From contig NZ_JMCB01000008.1 in NCBI RefSeq assembly GCF_000737315.1, positions 496,001 through 560,000 on the forward strand: a DNA stretch of 64,000 nucleotides. Direction: 5' to 3'. Position 1 is the stretch's first letter; each line of letters starts with the position of its first letter. This document shows, piece after piece, positions 60,704-64,000 of the stretch. Both the position numbers and the translations under genes were made by a program. The stretch comes from Hyalangium minutum. Its GTDB lineage: Bacteria > Myxococcota > Myxococcia > Myxococcales > Myxococcaceae. A model generated the notes under the pieces. That model had not been told where the DNA came from. It ran no database searches and saw only the letters and a program-made list of their open reading frames with translations.

Positions 60704-61846
60704 ATGAAGGCACTCGTCTACGAGGGACCGCGCAAGGTCAGTGTGAAAGAAGTGCCGGACGCGAAGATTGAGCGGCCCACCGATGTAGTGGTGCGCATTC
60801 GCAGTACCAACATCTGCGGCTCCGACCTGCACATGTACGAAGGCCGCACCGACATGGAGTCGGGCCGGGTGCTCGGGCACGAGAACCTCGGAGAGGTGGT
60901 CGAGGTCGGCTCGGCGGTGGACAAGCTGAAGGTGGGCGACTGGGTGGCCGTTCCCTTCAACGTCAGCTGTGGCCACTGCGAGAACTGCGAGCACGGCCTG
61001 ACCGCCTTCTGCCTCAACGCCAACCCGTCGGGGACGGCCGGCGCCGCCTACGGCTTCGCAGACATGGGGCCCTACAATGGCGGGCAGGCCGAGTACCTGC
61101 GCGTGCCCTGGGCCGACTTCAACTGCCTGCGGCTGCCAGAGGACGCCGAGGAGAAGCAGCTCGACTACGTGATGCTCGCCGACATCTTCCCCACCGGCTA
61201 CCACGTCACCGAGCTCGCCGGGCTCATGCCGGGCGAATCCGTCGTCATCTTCGGTGGAGGGCCCGTGGGACAGATGGCCGCGCTCTCCGCCACCATCAAG
61301 AGCGCGAGCAAGGTGATGGTCGTCGACTGCCATCCGGACCGGCTCGCTCTTGCCGAGAAGATTGGCGCCATCCCCATCGACTACTCGAAGGTGGACCCCG
61401 TCGAGCGGGTGAAGGAGCTCACCCACGGCAAGGGCGCCGACCGCGGCTGCGAGTGCGTGGGCTACCAGGCGCACGACCCGCAGGGGAGGGAGCACCCCAA
61501 CCTGACGATGAACAACCTGGTGAAGGCGGTGAAGTTCACCGGCGGCATCGGCGTGGTGGGCGTCTTCATCCCCAATGACCCCGGCGGCCCGGACCCCCTG
61601 GCCAGGCAGGGTGAAATCGTCTTCGACTGGGGCATGCTCTGGTTCAAGGGGCAGCGCGTGGCGACCGGCCAGTGCAACGTGAAGGCCTACAACCGCCAGC
61701 TGCGCGAGCTCATCCACCTGGACAAGGTGAAGCCCTCGTGGATCGTCTCGCACACGCTCCCGCTCGACAAGGCGCCGGACGGCTACCTGCACTTCGACAA
61801 GCGCGACAGGGGATGGACCAAGGTCGTCCTGCAGCCGGCCGCATGA
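60704..61846 (+). CDS. fdhA: Glutathione-independent formaldehyde dehydrogenase-like Zn-dependent dehydrogenase
   Basis: ICGSDLHMYEGRT, GHENLG, C..C..C..G...FC, GGQAEY and LADIFPTG. Confidence 0.88.
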   Translation: MKALVYEGPRKVSVKEVPDAKIERPTDVVVRIRSTNICGSDLHMYEGRTDMESGRVLGHENLGEVVEVGSAVDKLKVGDWVAVPFNVSCGHCENCEHGLTAFCLNANPSGTAGAAYGFADMGPYNGGQAEYLRVPWADFNCLRLPEDAEEKQLDYVMLADIFPTGYHVTELAGLMPGESVVIFGGGPVGQMAALSATIKSASKVMVVDCHPDRLALAEKIGAIPIDYSKVDPVERVKELTHGKGADRGCECVGYQAHDPQGREHPNLTMNNLVKAVKFTGGIGVVGVFIPNDPGGPDPLARQGEIVFDWGMLWFKGQRVATGQCNVKAYNRQLRELIHLDKVKPSWIVSHTLPLDKAPDGYLHFDKRDRGWTKVVLQPAA

Positions 61847-62110
61847 GCCGGCGCTAAGGCGAGGGAAGGAAGGGGCCGCTTGATGGGCCCCCAGGGCCTC
61901 GCGAACCGCGCGTTCGGCGACCAGCCCGACGAGCCGCTTCTAGGCGGGATAGAAGCCATGTTGAGGGTGGAGCGCACCCCAGTGGGGGCCTTACTTCTGC
62001 CGGGGCGCTGAACGCCAAGGGCTGCGGGGCCGCCATCCTGGCGGGCTTCTACCGAGCCAGCATGCGAGCCTGGACACGCGCTGGCTCTACAGATTCCAGG
62101 TTCTAAGACA

Positions 62111-62607
62111 GATAGGAGCTGTGCTGAGGGTGAGGGCTGGTGCAGAGGGGCCGAGGAGGGCCGAGGACGACCGCAGAGGGGGACATGTGGGCTGTGTGCC
62201 AAGCCGGTGGAGAGGCCGCGCAGCCACTTTGAGGTACACGCCTACCCCAGCCGCCTTCCCAGGAGGGGCGCGGCAGGTGCCTGGCTCTCTTGGCTGGCTG
62301 GGGCGGCTTGAGCTTCAACACCACGCGCTCTGGGGCGGCCCTCGCGCAGGGGCCAGGTGCTCACTCGCCGGGGGCAACCCCAGGTGCTCCACTATCGCTC
62401 TCACCCCTCCTGCTCCCTTCACAGACGCCAACACCCTTAAGCCTGCCTCCACACCTCAAGCACGCCAACACTTCCAGGGCGAACCTCCTTTTCAGCAACC
62501 CGGCCCAGTTCAAACGGGGTGTGCGCTCCTTCCTCGGCTCCTCCCCCGTCGCGGCAAAGGCGGGGCTCTCTTCCGTAAGCCCCGGCTCCGCCCCTGCTTG
62601 AGGGAGC
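62111..62607 (-). mobile_element. IS91-like transposase 3' remnant with terminal region
   Basis: LNWAGLLKRRFALEVLACLRCGGRL..ASVKGAGGVRAIVEHLGLPPAS.HLAPARGPP; terminal gataggagctgtgctgagggtg. Confidence 0.78.
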
Positions 62608-62881
62608 GCCTCGGGCGACAGGTGCGCGTACTTCATTATCGAACGGCGGCTATTTTTAGGTGCGCCGTAGAGTGCTTCCGCAGCCGACCCGGGCAGGTCC
62701 ACGCTCCTTTCTCGTCCCCTTGGGCAGCCCCCACGCCACACCAAGCCGTCCGGCGCACGTTGATCAGGCGCCCGGATTCCTCACGGGATTAGACGGCGCC
62801 ATCTTGCCAACCCAACAGTGCCTTGATGCCCTAGAAAAGCATCAGCTACTCAATAGACCATAGGGCGGGTATATTGCTCTT

Positions 62882-64000
62882 ATGATCCATGTGGACCGCA
62901 GTCGCGTCTCTCCTCCACCGAAGTTTTTCGCGGCGGCTCAATCTCTTCTCGATAAGTCACGGCTTTTTTTCAACAATCCAGATAGCCTCAGGAGCCAAAG
63001 CCGCCCCGCCATCTTCGGCCAATTCGTCAACCTAAAGAATGTGGTGCGACCTGCTCTAATCGAACTATTCCACGGCAAGTGCGCCTATTGTGAATCGAGT
63101 GTCGCAGCCACAGGAAGTACCGCAGTGGATCACTTTCGTCCGAGGATGGATGCTGCAAACCTTGATAGGAAGATTTCGCCCATCCACTATTGGTGGCTGA
63201 TGGCCACTTGGGACAATCTCTATCTGGCATGCCTTGAGTGCAATCGATACAAGCGCAACCTTTTTCCGGTGCGCCACCAACGGGCTGTTCCCGAGAGCTT
63301 TGGACAAGCACTTGAGTCAGAAGGCCGGTTGCTTATCGATCCTTGCAACGACGAGCCCGAACAATCCTTCGCCTTTCAGCCCAATGGTCAAGTAGAGCCT
63401 CTTGATGAACACGCCAAGGTAACCATTGAAGTGCTGCAGCTCAATCGCCCTAGTCTTGTCCACATGAGACGGGATCATTATGCTCGCATCACACAGGAAC
63501 TCGGCCTCTGGATATCTAGCCAGAGGCAGACAAGCGTGTCAGGCGATGATCGGCTTGAGGCTGGACTTCGAGATAGGCTTTTAAGCTATACGCACAGCAG
63601 CGCTCCCTATGCAGCCGTTGCGCGGCAGGCACTTAGGCACGTTCTCCATCGCCTGCGAGGAGATGCTCTCCATACGGAAGTCCCTCCGGCACAGAAGAAA
63701 ATCAGGCGAGGGCATCAAATCCCTCGAAAGCTGGAAAAAGCAGCTGAATCGCTCCGAACAGGGTGGATCTCGCGAATAGAAATAGAGAACTTCCGCGGCA
63801 TCGACTCCCTTGCACTTGACTTTCCTCGTCTAGAGCATCGAGATTTCCTTGTAGACGACGAGATGACAGCAATAGCTTCGCCTAGCGAGACAGAAGACCC
63901 TGACATACGCCGCGAACCATGGCTGATGCTAATTGGCCCGAACGGTGTCGGGAAGAGCAGTGTCCTCAAAGCGGTCGCTCTAGCCCTCGTAGATGAGCCA
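62882..64000 (+). CDS. HNH endonuclease (PtuB/retron-associated type) fused to an ABC ATPase (PtuA-like); partial, runs off the window
   Basis: Open from ATG 62882 to the edge: FHGKCAYCES, VDHFRP, YWWL..TWDNLYLACLECNRYK, LLIDPC, LNRPSL, then ISRIEIENFRGI and Walker A GPNGVGKS. AT-rich; absent from the ORF track. Confidence 0.88.
   Translation, partial: MIHVDRSRVSPPPKFFAAAQSLLDKSRLFFNNPDSLRSQSRPAIFGQFVNLKNVVRPALIELFHGKCAYCESSVAATGSTAVDHFRPRMDAANLDRKISPIHYWWLMATWDNLYLACLECNRYKRNLFPVRHQRAVPESFGQALESEGRLLIDPCNDEPEQSFAFQPNGQVEPLDEHAKVTIEVLQLNRPSLVHMRRDHYARITQELGLWISSQRQTSVSGDDRLEAGLRDRLLSYTHSSAPYAAVARQALRHVLHRLRGDALHTEVPPAQKKIRRGHQIPRKLEKAAESLRTGWISRIEIENFRGIDSLALDFPRLEHRDFLVDDEMTAIASPSETEDPDIRREPWLMLIGPNGVGKSSVLKAVALALVDEP

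Overview
GC-rich myxobacterial (Cystobacterineae-like; Archangium/Cystobacter/Stigmatella-type) accessory region, inferred from MYXO-CTERM tails, many lipoproteins, Hanks-type kinases and Kelch/TSP3/RCC1/WD40/LRR repeat proteins. The first ~28 kb is mostly ordinary cargo: an LRR protein, a phytol-kinase/DUF92 fusion, a translationally coupled RND efflux plus two-component operon, a WD40 kinase, a CocE/NonD hydrolase and a purple-acid-phosphatase-like enzyme. From ~28.6 kb onward the window is a mosaic of integration scars: three tmRNA-3'-end-like repeats, a half tRNA-Arg, a pduO 5' fragment, several IS91-type transposase remnants, a 376-bp inverted duplication and internally deleted pseudogenes. 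Highlights: (i) a secreted, apparently full-length eukaryote-like BPI/LBP/CETP lipid-binding protein (31921-33363); (ii) a ~5.6-kb islet bounded by tmRNA-like direct repeats encoding an OLD-like ATPase-TOPRIM protein and a pseudokinase-PNP nucleosidase-kinase fusion, a candidate defence module; (iii) two paralogous Cys-rich lipoprotein plus overlapping helical partner cassettes that look like toxin/immunity pairs; (iv) an HNH-ABC ATPase (PtuB-PtuA-like) fusion running off the right edge and missing from the ORF track. All family assignments come from motif recognition by eye; no database search was run.
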